IMG/VR virus record: IMGVR_UViG_3300010340_000454
Location: 1-64,000 of that record
Reading direction: 5' to 3' (one strand)
Source of the DNA: a virus
Lineage: Duplodnaviria > Caudoviricetes
Length of the DNA stretch: 64,000 bases
The position numbers and the translations under genes are program-made. This document shows, piece by piece, positions 8,368-16,969 of the stretch (position 1 is the stretch's first letter; each line of letters starts with the position of its first letter). The notes under the pieces are model-generated. The model saw only the letters and a list, made by a program, of their open reading frames with translations. It did no database searches and was not told the origin of the DNA.

Positions 8368-9171
8368 TCACCAGGCTTTTTCGTTAGATTTTTTTGCAAA
8401 CCTTTTACGGTTGGATTCAATTACGAAAGGCTTGCTGCGGTCCTGAGTGCTAAAGAAAACGCCCTTAGGCTTCTTCTTTTTCTTGCGCTTGCCCTCTGTT
8501 GAGGCTTCATAAACGTTTAGCCACTCAGCAGGTGCGGTATCAATCGTTGGTGGTTCATAATCAATTTTGAATTGTTCGACATGAGGCACGCGGCCTTTCT
8601 TGTCTAAGAGTTCGGCAATAGGAAGCTTGCCAAAGCGCTTGCGCTCTTCTTCAGACATAAAGACCTTGCCTTCCTCTAGCAAGGAAGACTCCAAGGTTTT
8701 GTACTCGGAACGTGTTAAGACCGATGCCCTCAGCAGAGTCAAAGATGTATTATCTTTGGCTTTCTTGAGTTTTGACACCACGTAGACATGGTCTTCGGAA
8801 GCGCTTACAACATACCCTTTAAAATAATGGGATACGTAGTCTACGCCTAAGGAGAAATATACAGGCTGACCAAATTTCAGTTTTACTTTTGCGAGAGAAC
8901 CTCCCTGTCGTGCCAGAATGAATGAAAGAATACGAGCCTGTTTAGGTGTGAAATTCCTAATAAGGTTACCAAGAGTTTTAAGAAGCTCTGGATCTTCTAT
9001 GTCTTTAAGCTTAAAAACATCTGGAGTGTAACAATCTGGTGCGCGACTCCTAGCATCCACACCTATCTCTGCACATATCTTTTCAAATTTTGCTGGTCCT
9101 GTTTCAAAATGGACACAGTCGGCGCAGGTCATACCGAGACTTACCTTGTTGAATGAATCCTTTTTCAGCAT
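8368..9171 (-). CDS. Hypothetical protein with CxxCxH...C...C cluster
   Basis: ATG 9171 with AAGGA RBS preferred over TTG 9189; basic C-terminus. Confidence 0.7.
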   Translation of the reverse strand: MLKKDSFNKVSLGMTCADCVHFETGPAKFEKICAEIGVDARSRAPDCYTPDVFKLKDIEDPELLKTLGNLIRNFTPKQARILSFILARQGGSLAKVKLKFGQPVYFSLGVDYVSHYFKGYVVSASEDHVYVVSKLKKAKDNTSLTLLRASVLTRSEYKTLESSLLEEGKVFMSEEERKRFGKLPIAELLDKKGRVPHVEQFKIDYEPPTIDTAPAEWLNVYEASTEGKRKKKKKPKGVFFSTQDRSKPFVIESNRKRFAKKSNEKAW

Positions 9172-9207
9172 GATTTCTTTTTCCTTCAAGGAGGGCTGAT
9201 GGCATTT

Positions 9208-9663
9208 TTAGAAGGTTTGCTTCGCCAGCATCTGTAGAGCGTAGCGAACTAGCTCACCTTGACTCTTCTTCCCATAGTATCTCTGCAAGCTAACAAGCAA
9301 TTCGTGTTCCTCATAGGAAAAGGTATCACTATACTTAAACTTTTTGTTCAAGTTACCTTGAGACTCCAAGGCTGATTGCGCTCTACAAATTACTTGGGCG
9401 AGGTATAAACATCTGGCTCTACGATCTTCCTCTCGGTAAGGAAGATTAACAACTCCACGATAGAGCTTTGTTGCGGAATCATGTACTTTTGTGTGGCACC
9501 CATCGCACAAGGAAACGACTGGGCCGTTTGTACCTCCTAAATGACATGGAACTACATGGTGTTCCTCAAACGTCGTAAAGCCATCACGTTGTACGTGGCA
9601 CACCCAGCAGTGATCTAGGTATAGCGTAGATGTAATAGGCGAAACAACATAAGGTTTGACCAT
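9208..9663 (-). CDS. HNH endonuclease with C-terminal ribbon-helix-helix-like domain
   Basis: CWVC...EEHHVVP..LGG.N....LCDGCH; C-terminus FKYSDTFSYEEHELL...KSQGELVRYALQML. ATG 9663 has a GAGG RBS. Confidence 0.75.
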   Translation of the reverse strand: MVKPYVVSPITSTLYLDHCWVCHVQRDGFTTFEEHHVVPCHLGGTNGPVVSLCDGCHTKVHDSATKLYRGVVNLPYREEDRRARCLYLAQVICRAQSALESQGNLNKKFKYSDTFSYEEHELLVSLQRYYGKKSQGELVRYALQMLAKQTF

Positions 9664-9684
9664 AAGGAGCCTCAAATGAAACTA

Positions 9685-9710
9685 GCGGTGTTAGGGAAGC
9701 CTAACACCGC
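9685..9710 (-). terminator. Perfect 11-bp hairpin, probable terminator/processing site
   Basis: GCGGTGTTAGG-4 nt-CCTAACACCGC just downstream of the histone-like gene. Confidence 0.65.
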
Positions 9711-9729
9711 TTAGTTTGGTTTTGTGCTT

Positions 9730-10083
9730 TTAAGCGAACGCTGCCAGAACCGCAGCAGCAGCAGCCTTAGCAGCCTTCTTTGCAAGACCCTTGACTTCAC
9801 GCTCGGTCAGCCCAGCACCCTTTGCAGCCTTAGGAGCTTTCGCTGCCTTGGGAGCCTTGGGGGCCTTCACAACCTTAGCCTTGGATTCCTTCTTGGCTTT
9901 CTTGTCTGCCTTCTTTTCAGACTTTTCGGCCTTCACCTTCTTGTCTGCCTTCTTTTCAGACTTGTCTTTCTTAGCCTTCTTATCAGCCTTCTTGTCAGAC
10001 TTGTCCTTAGACTTTACCTTCTTTACCTTCTTTTCTTCTTCGCTCGAAGCGGAAACTTCCTTCGACTTGGACGACTTGGCCAT
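9730..10083 (-). CDS. Histone H1-like Lys/Ala-rich DNA-binding protein
   Basis: KKADKK and KAPKA repeats; AGGA RBS; sigma70 promoter upstream. Confidence 0.75.
   Translation of the reverse strand: MAKSSKSKEVSASSEEEKKVKKVKSKDKSDKKADKKAKKDKSEKKADKKVKAEKSEKKADKKAKKESKAKVVKAPKAPKAAKAPKAAKGAGLTEREVKGLAKKAAKAAAAAVLAAFA
9901..9963. repeat. 24-bp direct repeat inside the histone-like gene
   Basis: CTTGTCTGCCTTCTTTTCAGACTT at 9901-9924 and 9940-9963. Confidence 0.85.
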
Positions 10084-10188
10084 TTTGTCTTTTTCCTATA
10101 TAGGTTTATGGTACATTGTTAAAGCACCCTAGAGTTAGAGTGCATCAGTATGACTATCAGAAACAGATAGAATACACTGCGTATAAGC

Positions 10189-10217
10189 ATTATATCATAG
10201 TATTTCTGATAGTGCAA
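10189..10217 (-). promoter_or_regulatory. sigma70 promoter with extended -10
   Basis: TTGCAC-17 nt-TATAAT with TG at the extended position. Confidence 0.8.
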
Positions 10218-10239
10218 GTCTGATTCTTTACTGTCTACT

Positions 10240-10249
10240 TACTTTACAG
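10240..10249 (-). promoter_or_regulatory. CTGTAAAGTA motif
   Basis: Reverse-strand copy 22 nt upstream of the -35 box. Confidence 0.6.
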
Positions 10250-10271
10250 TTTTAGTAAACAGTCAAACCTG

Positions 10272-10817
10272 TTACAGCGTCGGTTGTTGTATGTTAATGG
10301 TTTGGCTATTAGAGTCATCAATAGGAAAAGAACCTGTTGAAGAGTGTATAGTTTCACCGGAAAACCGAATCAATCTGTCTTTATGCTTAGTAGAAAAGTC
10401 TTGAATGACTTGGTTAACCCACCAGCGATTCCTAATAGTAGAGTTAGGAATGTCAAAAGCAAGCGCTATGTGTGGAGAGTACTCGGCGTATGCCGACTTG
10501 GATCCACTGGCTTCTAAAACCTCGTTTCTTCTAGCTTCCAGTTCAGGAGAATCCAGAAGAATGATAAGGTCTTTTATACCAGCAACAGGATCCCACCAAA
10601 TCTGGGCGCCTTTAATGAATGCGGAGTAGACTTGCTCAGGCCTAGTAGGTATACCTGCTAGCGACCTATCAGCAAACAATATAGAAGCGTACATTTCCTC
10701 AGGGCGTACTGCGCGGTATGGGCAGGATACCAAATAAGGTGTAAATAAGAATCTAGTTTCTTGCTCCAAAGGTGTAACGAATAGATGGTTATTAGGGATA
10801 AACTTTATATTATCCAC
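10272..10817 (-). CDS. Acb1/T4 gp57B-like 2H-phosphoesterase-fold protein, degenerate active site
   Basis: VRPEEMYASILFA...IWW...LIILLDSPELEARR...SGSKSAYAEYSPHIALAFD aligns by eye with 57B; the two HxT motifs read YAS and HIA. Confidence 0.65.
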   Translation of the reverse strand: MDNIKFIPNNHLFVTPLEQETRFLFTPYLVSCPYRAVRPEEMYASILFADRSLAGIPTRPEQVYSAFIKGAQIWWDPVAGIKDLIILLDSPELEARRNEVLEASGSKSAYAEYSPHIALAFDIPNSTIRNRWWVNQVIQDFSTKHKDRLIRFSGETIHSSTGSFPIDDSNSQTINIQQPTL

Positions 10818-10828
10818 GAGTCACCTCA

Positions 10829-11770
10829 TTATTTAAACGCAAAATGCCATTGCTTAATGGTAAGAGGCTTATGCGTTCTATTTCGGAATCGGTCTACGTT
10901 CTGCTCCGGAACAAGCCAGTAATAGATGTAGCCTGAGTTCTTATACCCCATAGGCTTCCCTATAACAACTAACCGCTTGCCTAATTCTCGCTGGAGCTTT
11001 TCGATTACATAGGTTTTAAATGTCTCAGGGTCAACCTTCTTGGTCTTTAGGCGGTTCGCGTGAATGCCCAATACAAGCTGGTTTTCAAGAACTGAGTAAA
11101 AACCAATTGGCTTAACAGTGAAGCCGCCTTTCTCGAAGTCTTGAGGAGTTGCAATAGTTTCGGTCATAGCAACGATAGGCATTTTTTGCAGGATAAAGTC
11201 TCCCATTCTAAGGGAGTCTGCCTCTGTTGCAGGAAGCTGCCTAGCGTACTTCTGGTATTCGCTAATAGCGCCTTCGGATTTATTGATAACCTCTAAAACA
11301 CTATCTGTCCTTTCAGGCTTTCCATCATTGTAGTTTTTGCTGCTGTAGTAGTCAAAAACACCGGCAGCGCTTTCTAGCTGTTTGTTTTTCGATTGTTCCT
11401 TCTTTGCCCGGGCCTCTACAAGTGCCTTAAAGTTTTTTACTAACTTACTGGAGCGACTAGATGCCTTACTTAAGTAGGATGCAATTTCTTTGCGGTCTAC
11501 ATCATCGCGGGAAATTAGGTCTACCATACTGATGGTGCTATTATAAACTTTATCTAGGCGCAGAATTGCATCATCGCGTAGAGAGGACTTTGGAAAGTCG
11601 TCCTTCAACAGGTCTCGTGCTTTTTCAAGTGTAGCGCATACCAACCTAAGACTAGCCAGAGCGTTTACGTCCTGTTCGGCTAACTTGGACGCCTGCACGG
11701 AGGCAATCACCTTTTTAGCCTTACGCAAAGCTTCTTCAGAGGTCAGGGATTTTGCAGTCAACATACTCAT
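10829..11770 (-). CDS. Hypothetical protein (possible internal head protein)
   Basis: AGGAGA RBS, late-motif promoter, LESAA putative cleavage site. Confidence 0.7.
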   Translation of the reverse strand: MSMLTAKSLTSEEALRKAKKVIASVQASKLAEQDVNALASLRLVCATLEKARDLLKDDFPKSSLRDDAILRLDKVYNSTISMVDLISRDDVDRKEIASYLSKASSRSSKLVKNFKALVEARAKKEQSKNKQLESAAGVFDYYSSKNYNDGKPERTDSVLEVINKSEGAISEYQKYARQLPATEADSLRMGDFILQKMPIVAMTETIATPQDFEKGGFTVKPIGFYSVLENQLVLGIHANRLKTKKVDPETFKTYVIEKLQRELGKRLVVIGKPMGYKNSGYIYYWLVPEQNVDRFRNRTHKPLTIKQWHFAFK

Positions 11771-11792
11771 AACTCTTCTCCTGAAGTATGCT

Positions 11793-11824
11793 ATGAAATT
11801 AGTGAGGTTACAGTTACTTTACAG
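11793..11824 (-). promoter_or_regulatory. Tandem CTGTAAAGTA (11815-11824) and CTAATTTCAT (11793-11802) motifs
   Basis: Both recurring motifs occur in a 57-nt intergenic gap. Confidence 0.65.
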
Positions 11825-11827
11825 AGT

Positions 11828-13246
11828 TCACGCTAGCTTTAAGAAACCGTCCAGTTGGTTGGATACGTAGTTCCTGGGGTTCTTGGTTCTAGCTTTAAGC
11901 CCACTTCTTTCTTTTTCAACTTCGGCAATTTGGTTAACTAGGTTCTTATCTTCCAGCTTTCTCAACTGGCGTACTTTAAGGTCTAGGATTTTGTTAGCCT
12001 CATCTTCCGTTATCTTGAGACTCTTAGCAATAAACTTTACCAGTTCCTCTTCGGAGCAGTCCTTATCCAAGGCTTTGATAATCAAAGCTCGGTTTGCTAC
12101 TGCCTTACGGAGCAAGTTTAGGTAAGCAATTTTTTCATCTGCCTTACCGATCCAGTAATTGCACGCTTTTACCTCAAGCGCTATTCTGTAGTCAATCCAG
12201 TCCTGTAAGATTTGAGGCACAGTACTATTTGAAAGCTCTACTTTGGCATTCCCTTTCTTATCTAATGTTCTGGTTGTAACCTTAATGTCGAAGTTCTCAT
12301 TAGTAGAAAAGATATTCATTACCTTGTCTACCACTTTCTCCAGCTCTTTTCCTTTCAAGGATTTTTTTAGTTCTACCTTAACGGTAGCATATTTATCCTT
12401 CTTACCTGAGGCGTCATTCGGCTTAACTACTTCTTTCAGGTCAGCGCACTTCTCCAAGGCACGTTCTAGTGAGGTAATAGGAGCAAACTGGGTGATAACA
12501 ACGCAGTTTTTCTTAAGGTCTATTGTGTGGACAGACTTGAAAGGAATCTTTCCTTTGCCTGTCTTATAAAGTTGTTTAAGTACGGCTTTATCAGGAGTCG
12601 CCACACCACCATACTTCGTGGTAAATTCTAACTTCCGGCAAAGCTTGTAATCCAGCTTCTCTCCAGATAACGCTGCCTTCAATACTTTTACCACAGACGA
12701 AACGGTATAACTTGGAACGTAGGTGGACACGCCTACACCGATACCGAAAGTGCCATTAAGCAGAAGGTTAGGTAGCAGTGCAGGCAAGTTCAAAGGTTCT
12801 ACGTCAGACCCATCATAGTTATCAATGTATTCAATAGTAGGTAGATAAAACTTGTCGAAGAAAATCTTCTCTGAAAACTTATTCAACCTGGCTTCCGTAT
12901 ATCGCATTGCCGCAGGCGTAGTTTCAGAAAGGTTGCCCCAGTTGCCTTGACCCTCAAAAAGAGGAATAGGGCTGTTAACCAAGGTAACAAGACCTGAGTA
13001 AGTACCTGCGTCACCGTGAGGGTGAAACTTACCCATCGTCTCACCTACGACGCGTGCGGCTTTAACAAGCTTAGAGCCTGAGGTAGAACCCATCTTGTAG
13101 GCAGCCCATAGAAGCTTTCGGGTTACAGGCTTCAGGCCGTCAATCTTGCCAGGTACTGAGCGATCCTCGTTGACTGCTGTACCGTACTCTTTATAGAGTT
13201 CACACGCAATGTCGTCTAGCAAGGCGGTTTGTATTTTCGCACTCAT
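11828..13246 (-). CDS. gyrA: Type IIA topoisomerase subunit A (GyrA/ParC-like, no C-terminal pinwheel)
   Basis: DGLKPV.R, KAARVVGETMGKFHPHGD, AAMRYTEARL catalytic Tyr; only 472 aa. Confidence 0.92.
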   Translation of the reverse strand: MSAKIQTALLDDIACELYKEYGTAVNEDRSVPGKIDGLKPVTRKLLWAAYKMGSTSGSKLVKAARVVGETMGKFHPHGDAGTYSGLVTLVNSPIPLFEGQGNWGNLSETTPAAMRYTEARLNKFSEKIFFDKFYLPTIEYIDNYDGSDVEPLNLPALLPNLLLNGTFGIGVGVSTYVPSYTVSSVVKVLKAALSGEKLDYKLCRKLEFTTKYGGVATPDKAVLKQLYKTGKGKIPFKSVHTIDLKKNCVVITQFAPITSLERALEKCADLKEVVKPNDASGKKDKYATVKVELKKSLKGKELEKVVDKVMNIFSTNENFDIKVTTRTLDKKGNAKVELSNSTVPQILQDWIDYRIALEVKACNYWIGKADEKIAYLNLLRKAVANRALIIKALDKDCSEEELVKFIAKSLKITEDEANKILDLKVRQLRKLEDKNLVNQIAEVEKERSGLKARTKNPRNYVSNQLDGFLKLA

Positions 13247-15114
13247 TATGCAACCCCCATCAATTCTTTACGGAATTGGGCGCTCTTGCCCATCAAGCGT
13301 TCAAAACGCAAGCTACCATTCTTGTCTTTCGGCGGAAGGACCTGGATAAGCTTGCGAGAGTTAACATCGAAGGCAATATCCGCAAGGTCGTCTGCATTGA
13401 TTTCGCCCCACCCTTTAATATGCTGAATGTCCAGCTTCTTGGTGCCTGCTTGCTTGTAGATTTCATCCTTGGTATCGCCAAAATACATCTTGCCTTTGTA
13501 GCGAGACATATACTCGGGAGAGGCGAGTAGATAAACCTTGCCTGCTTTGAAGGCGCTTGGAACAAATTTCCACAATACGGTTAGAACAAGAGTGGAAATG
13601 TGGCTGCCGTCAACGTCTGGGTCAGCAAGAGAAATAATTTTGCCGTATCGAATTTCGGCGCTTCCTTTCTTTTCATCAAGGTCTAACCCTAGGCCTGCTA
13701 GAATAGAGGCGATCTCTGCATTAGCATTAACCTTATCCATTGTAGTTTCCATCACGTTCAAAGGCTTGCCTTTCAAACTGAAGACAGCCTGGAACGACCT
13801 ATCGCGGGCTCGCTTTGCAGTACCGCCGGCAGAATCACCTTCGACCAAGTAGAGTTCGCGCTTATCAATAGGCGTCTTCCCGTCCACGTCAGCTAATTTA
13901 GCAGGAAGCTTTGCTTTGGCTGCTTTCACATTCTTAATCAGCTTCTTGGACTTCAGGAATTCCGAAGTTTTCTTTCTAAGCAAAGCGGCTCGACTAACAA
14001 CCGACTTCGCCATTGCTTTGTTCTTCTTCCAGAAAGCTTCCAACTCCGAAAGAATTTCCTTGAAAGCAGGCTCGTACACTCGGTCATCAATAAGCTTTTC
14101 TTTGACTTGGTTGTTAAACTTAGGCGCAGCGATTTTGAAGTTTACAAGGCCAACCAAACCTTCACAAATATCGTTAGCAGTGAAAGGGTCTTTGCCTGCA
14201 TAGGGCTTCAGAGACTTGTGGAGCGCATCGACCAGCGCCTTATTGTGTTCACCGCCGCCACTGTTCAGCAGGCCGTTCGTGTAAGAATCTACCTGGTAGC
14301 CTTCTGCATCTGAGAACTGAATGGCTACGTCTAGGTTCTTAGTGCTGCAAACAAAAAGTTTGTCAGTAAGAGTAACTCCGAGCTTCTCTGCCTTCTCTGT
14401 GATGTAGGCAGCAGGGCCTTCCTTGGAGTAAAACTTTTTGGTCTTGCCCTTCGCATTCGTGAACAGAACAGTCAGCTTAGGCACAAGGTAAGACGTTAGT
14501 TTACACCAGTCTGTTACTACTTCTTTTTCAATGGCAGAGCCTTTCTCGAAAAGAGGCAGATCAGGCTGGAAGCAAACTACTGTGCCCTTAGTGGCTTTCA
14601 AGCCGTGAGGCAGTTTCGGCGCGGTAGATTTAGAAACATCTTTTACAACTTTACCTTGCGAGTACTCAATGCAGTGCCAGCTCTTATCGCGGTATGTCCA
14701 TACTTTGAAAAACTTAGACAGCGCATTAGTTGCCTTGAGTCCAATACCATGAGTACCGCGCGAGGCTTCTTCCGAGCCGAAGTTTTTGCCAGCGTGTGTA
14801 AGACCTGTCACCACATAAAGAGTAGACAACTTTTCTTTACGACCGCGCTCATCCTCAAACTCTTTCTTACCTACCGGAATACCGTCCCCATGGTCAAGGA
14901 CCCAGTAAGTATTAGGCTTGCTATCAATAACTAGGTGAACGGTATCGTTAGCGCCAGCTAGCGCGCGGTCAACACCATTATCGGCAGGCTCACGGAAAAT
15001 CGTCCACAAACCTTCACTGGTCATAGGCCCAACGTACATGCTGGGCTTTTTTCTAACGCCCGCTAGACCAGCAAAGCGTTCAATGTCCTTTTCATCATAC
15101 GTCTTCTTGGCCAC
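13246..15114 (-). CDS. gyrB: Type IIA topoisomerase subunit B (GyrB/ParE-like)
   Basis: VRKKPSMYVG, EPADN, D.G.GIP, GTHGIG, LVEGDSAGG, DPDVDGSHI, KGWGE. Confidence 0.95.
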   Translation of the reverse strand: MAKKTYDEKDIERFAGLAGVRKKPSMYVGPMTSEGLWTIFREPADNGVDRALAGANDTVHLVIDSKPNTYWVLDHGDGIPVGKKEFEDERGRKEKLSTLYVVTGLTHAGKNFGSEEASRGTHGIGLKATNALSKFFKVWTYRDKSWHCIEYSQGKVVKDVSKSTAPKLPHGLKATKGTVVCFQPDLPLFEKGSAIEKEVVTDWCKLTSYLVPKLTVLFTNAKGKTKKFYSKEGPAAYITEKAEKLGVTLTDKLFVCSTKNLDVAIQFSDAEGYQVDSYTNGLLNSGGGEHNKALVDALHKSLKPYAGKDPFTANDICEGLVGLVNFKIAAPKFNNQVKEKLIDDRVYEPAFKEILSELEAFWKKNKAMAKSVVSRAALLRKKTSEFLKSKKLIKNVKAAKAKLPAKLADVDGKTPIDKRELYLVEGDSAGGTAKRARDRSFQAVFSLKGKPLNVMETTMDKVNANAEIASILAGLGLDLDEKKGSAEIRYGKIISLADPDVDGSHISTLVLTVLWKFVPSAFKAGKVYLLASPEYMSRYKGKMYFGDTKDEIYKQAGTKKLDIQHIKGWGEINADDLADIAFDVNSRKLIQVLPPKDKNGSLRFERLMGKSAQFRKELMGVA

Positions 15115-15125
15115 AATGGTTGTCC

Positions 15126-15383
15126 TCAGTCTTTGTCGAATTCCTGTCTGCGCTCTGTGTAGTCCGAAGTAACCAACTCAATGGTTTGAATGTCCTTGTA
15201 GTAGATAAGGCCACCTAGCTCGTCCCACCCATCAAAAGCAGAAGATCCTACGTCCGTAACAATTTTAGTTATTTCTATATTTAAAGAGTACAGGTAGGAT
15301 AAAGCTAACGCTATATCTGTGCTGTGTTGAAAAAGGATAACTATTTTTTCATTGTTAGGTGTAGCCTTTACAATGGTGTACAT
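15126..15383 (-). CDS. Hypothetical protein
   Basis: ATG 15383 with GGAG RBS. Confidence 0.65.
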   Translation of the reverse strand: MYTIVKATPNNEKIVILFQHSTDIALALSYLYSLNIEITKIVTDVGSSAFDGWDELGGLIYYKDIQTIELVTSDYTERRQEFDKD

Positions 15384-15458
15384 AGGTAACTCCAAAAGGT
15401 TTAGAAATGCAAAGAGAGGCTACCAACTATAAAAATTGGGCCTCTCTTCAATGTTGCA

Positions 15459-15995
15459 TTAGCTGTTGTGTTCTGCCAGAAGCTTTGCGTAGCGAGCGAG
15501 TACCTTTTCAACTTCGTCCTGGTCTTGCCTATTAAGGCGCGCCATAAGGCTTGCCATTGTCGCGGCGTCACCTTTAATGTGGGCGTCAAACAAGCGATTA
15601 GAAATAGTTTCATACGGAAGCATGACAACCACTTTAATCTCTTGCGCTGGGCAGCTATCATTACCCTTGCTGTAGTGGCAATCTGAATACGCCTTCTTAC
15701 CAATAGTCGGGCAGAGGTGTACGCAATTCAGGCACTTTTTGGAGTATACATACAAATTGCCTTTGACTACAGACTCTTCAGGTTCTTGCTGATTAGATTC
15801 CTCAGGAGAATTGGGTTCGGCTTCCTTTTCAGGTTCGCCGATAACTTCAGCAAGTTGCTTCGCAATGGAGTGAGTAACTTCGCTAAGATCGAAGTTACTA
15901 TCCTCATTGGAAGAGGAGGAAGAGGCACTCGACTTTGAGGATTTTTCTTCGTGTCGCTTCTTGTCTCTTTTTTCTTTACGGTCAGACTTACTCAT
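15459..15995 (-). CDS. Hypothetical protein (basic/Ser-rich N-terminus, CxxCxH..C..C cluster)
   Basis: AAGGAG RBS. Confidence 0.75.
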   Translation of the reverse strand: MSKSDRKEKRDKKRHEEKSSKSSASSSSSNEDSNFDLSEVTHSIAKQLAEVIGEPEKEAEPNSPEESNQQEPEESVVKGNLYVYSKKCLNCVHLCPTIGKKAYSDCHYSKGNDSCPAQEIKVVVMLPYETISNRLFDAHIKGDAATMASLMARLNRQDQDEVEKVLARYAKLLAEHNS

Positions 15996-16019
15996 TTGAA
16001 ACTCCTTATAGTTAGGTAA

Positions 16020-16037
16020 GGGCTACGTGAGTAGCCC
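16020..16037. terminator. 7-bp hairpin after the histone-like gene
   Basis: GGGCTAC-GTGA-GTAGCCC; weak U-tract. Confidence 0.4.
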
Positions 16038-16057
16038 CTATGTTTAGCTTAAGGTTA

Positions 16058-16645
16058 TTAGCCGCGCCATTCGTCGTCGCTGCCGCCGCTGTCTGCGCTG
16101 CTGGCAGACGAGGAGGAAGCCGAAGCGGAAGAGCTGGAGCCACTAGCACTGCTGGAAGAACCACTGCCGCTCTTCTTATCGCTACCAGAAGAATTGCTGC
16201 CGGAACCGCTGGAAGCAGAACCCGAGGCAGAACCGGAACCGGAACCAGAAGCTGCGGAGACTTCCGCGTTACCAATAGTGGATTCAGCACCGATGCTGAT
16301 GGAGACAGAGAAAGTTGCGTTAGACACAACCACGGTCTTGTCGCCGTAGGTGAGAATCACGTTACCATCGCGCATTTCAACGCGATCAGGAGTAGCTGCC
16401 AGGTTCAGGTTTCCGGTTGCAGCTTCAGCAGCCTTGCGGCGACCACGCTTGGGAGCAACTGCCTTTTCCGCCTTGGCCATCCGTGTACGCTTGGCCTTAG
16501 GCTCTTTCTCTACCTTTTCTTTTGCAGCTTTCTTGCCCCGAGGAGCCTTCTCAGCCTTGCCCTTAGCGCCCTTCTTCACCTTAACTTCCTTCTCAGCCTT
16601 GGCGCCCTTCTTACCAGCCTTCTTTTCGCCTTTCTTGATAGCCAT
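16058..16645 (-). CDS. Histone H1-like basic protein with small beta domain and Ser/Gly-rich acidic tail
   Basis: ATG 16645 with GGAGA RBS (MAIKKGEKK...); tail ...SSASSADSGGSDDEWRG. Confidence 0.75.
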   Translation of the reverse strand: MAIKKGEKKAGKKGAKAEKEVKVKKGAKGKAEKAPRGKKAAKEKVEKEPKAKRTRMAKAEKAVAPKRGRRKAAEAATGNLNLAATPDRVEMRDGNVILTYGDKTVVVSNATFSVSISIGAESTIGNAEVSAASGSGSGSASGSASSGSGSNSSGSDKKSGSGSSSSASGSSSSASASSSSASSADSGGSDDEWRG

Positions 16646-16668
16646 TTGTTTCTCCAACAATTGTTGTT

Positions 16669-16719
16669 CTGCACTAAGATTTATATGGAAGCTTCTACCA
16701 GTGCAGTAAACATAGAAGC
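16669..16719 (-). promoter_or_regulatory. Predicted H-type RNA pseudoknot in the 5' leader
   Basis: S1 GCUUCUA(16719-13)/UAGAAGC(16697-91) crossed by S2 CUGCACU(16706-00)/AGUGCAG(16675-69). Confidence 0.65.
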
Positions 16720-16915
16720 CGCCCGCGGGTTGAACCCTGTTTGCTCAAGTGTGTTACTTAACAGTTTTACCTTTCGTGCTAGGAAGCCGCACATTAGGTT
16801 AGCTGTTTTGGTAAAGCAGTCGTTAGGAGTCAAACTTTATACATGCTAACAGGCTACTCTTCCGAATACGCTCAAACTTTATAGTCTCCCTTTTCTAGAG
16901 TTTGCTCGCTTTGTC

Positions 16916-16944
16916 AGTATATCATACTTTTATATATGATGCAA
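16916..16944 (-). promoter_or_regulatory. sigma70 promoter with extended -10
   Basis: TTGCAT-17 nt-TATACT; shares TATGATATA with the 10189 promoter. Confidence 0.8.
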
Positions 16945-16969
16945 TCTTTAGAACTGTACATATAGACAG

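Noticed and set aside
9724-10132. Hydrophobic plus-strand ORFs that look like membrane proteins
   Set aside because: Reverse complement of Lys codons (AAG>CTT) yields Leu/Phe runs; artefact.
16040-16849. 269-aa plus-strand ORF and other overlapping ORFs
   Set aside because: Antisense shadows of the low-complexity histone-like gene; the promoter and RBS are on the minus strand.
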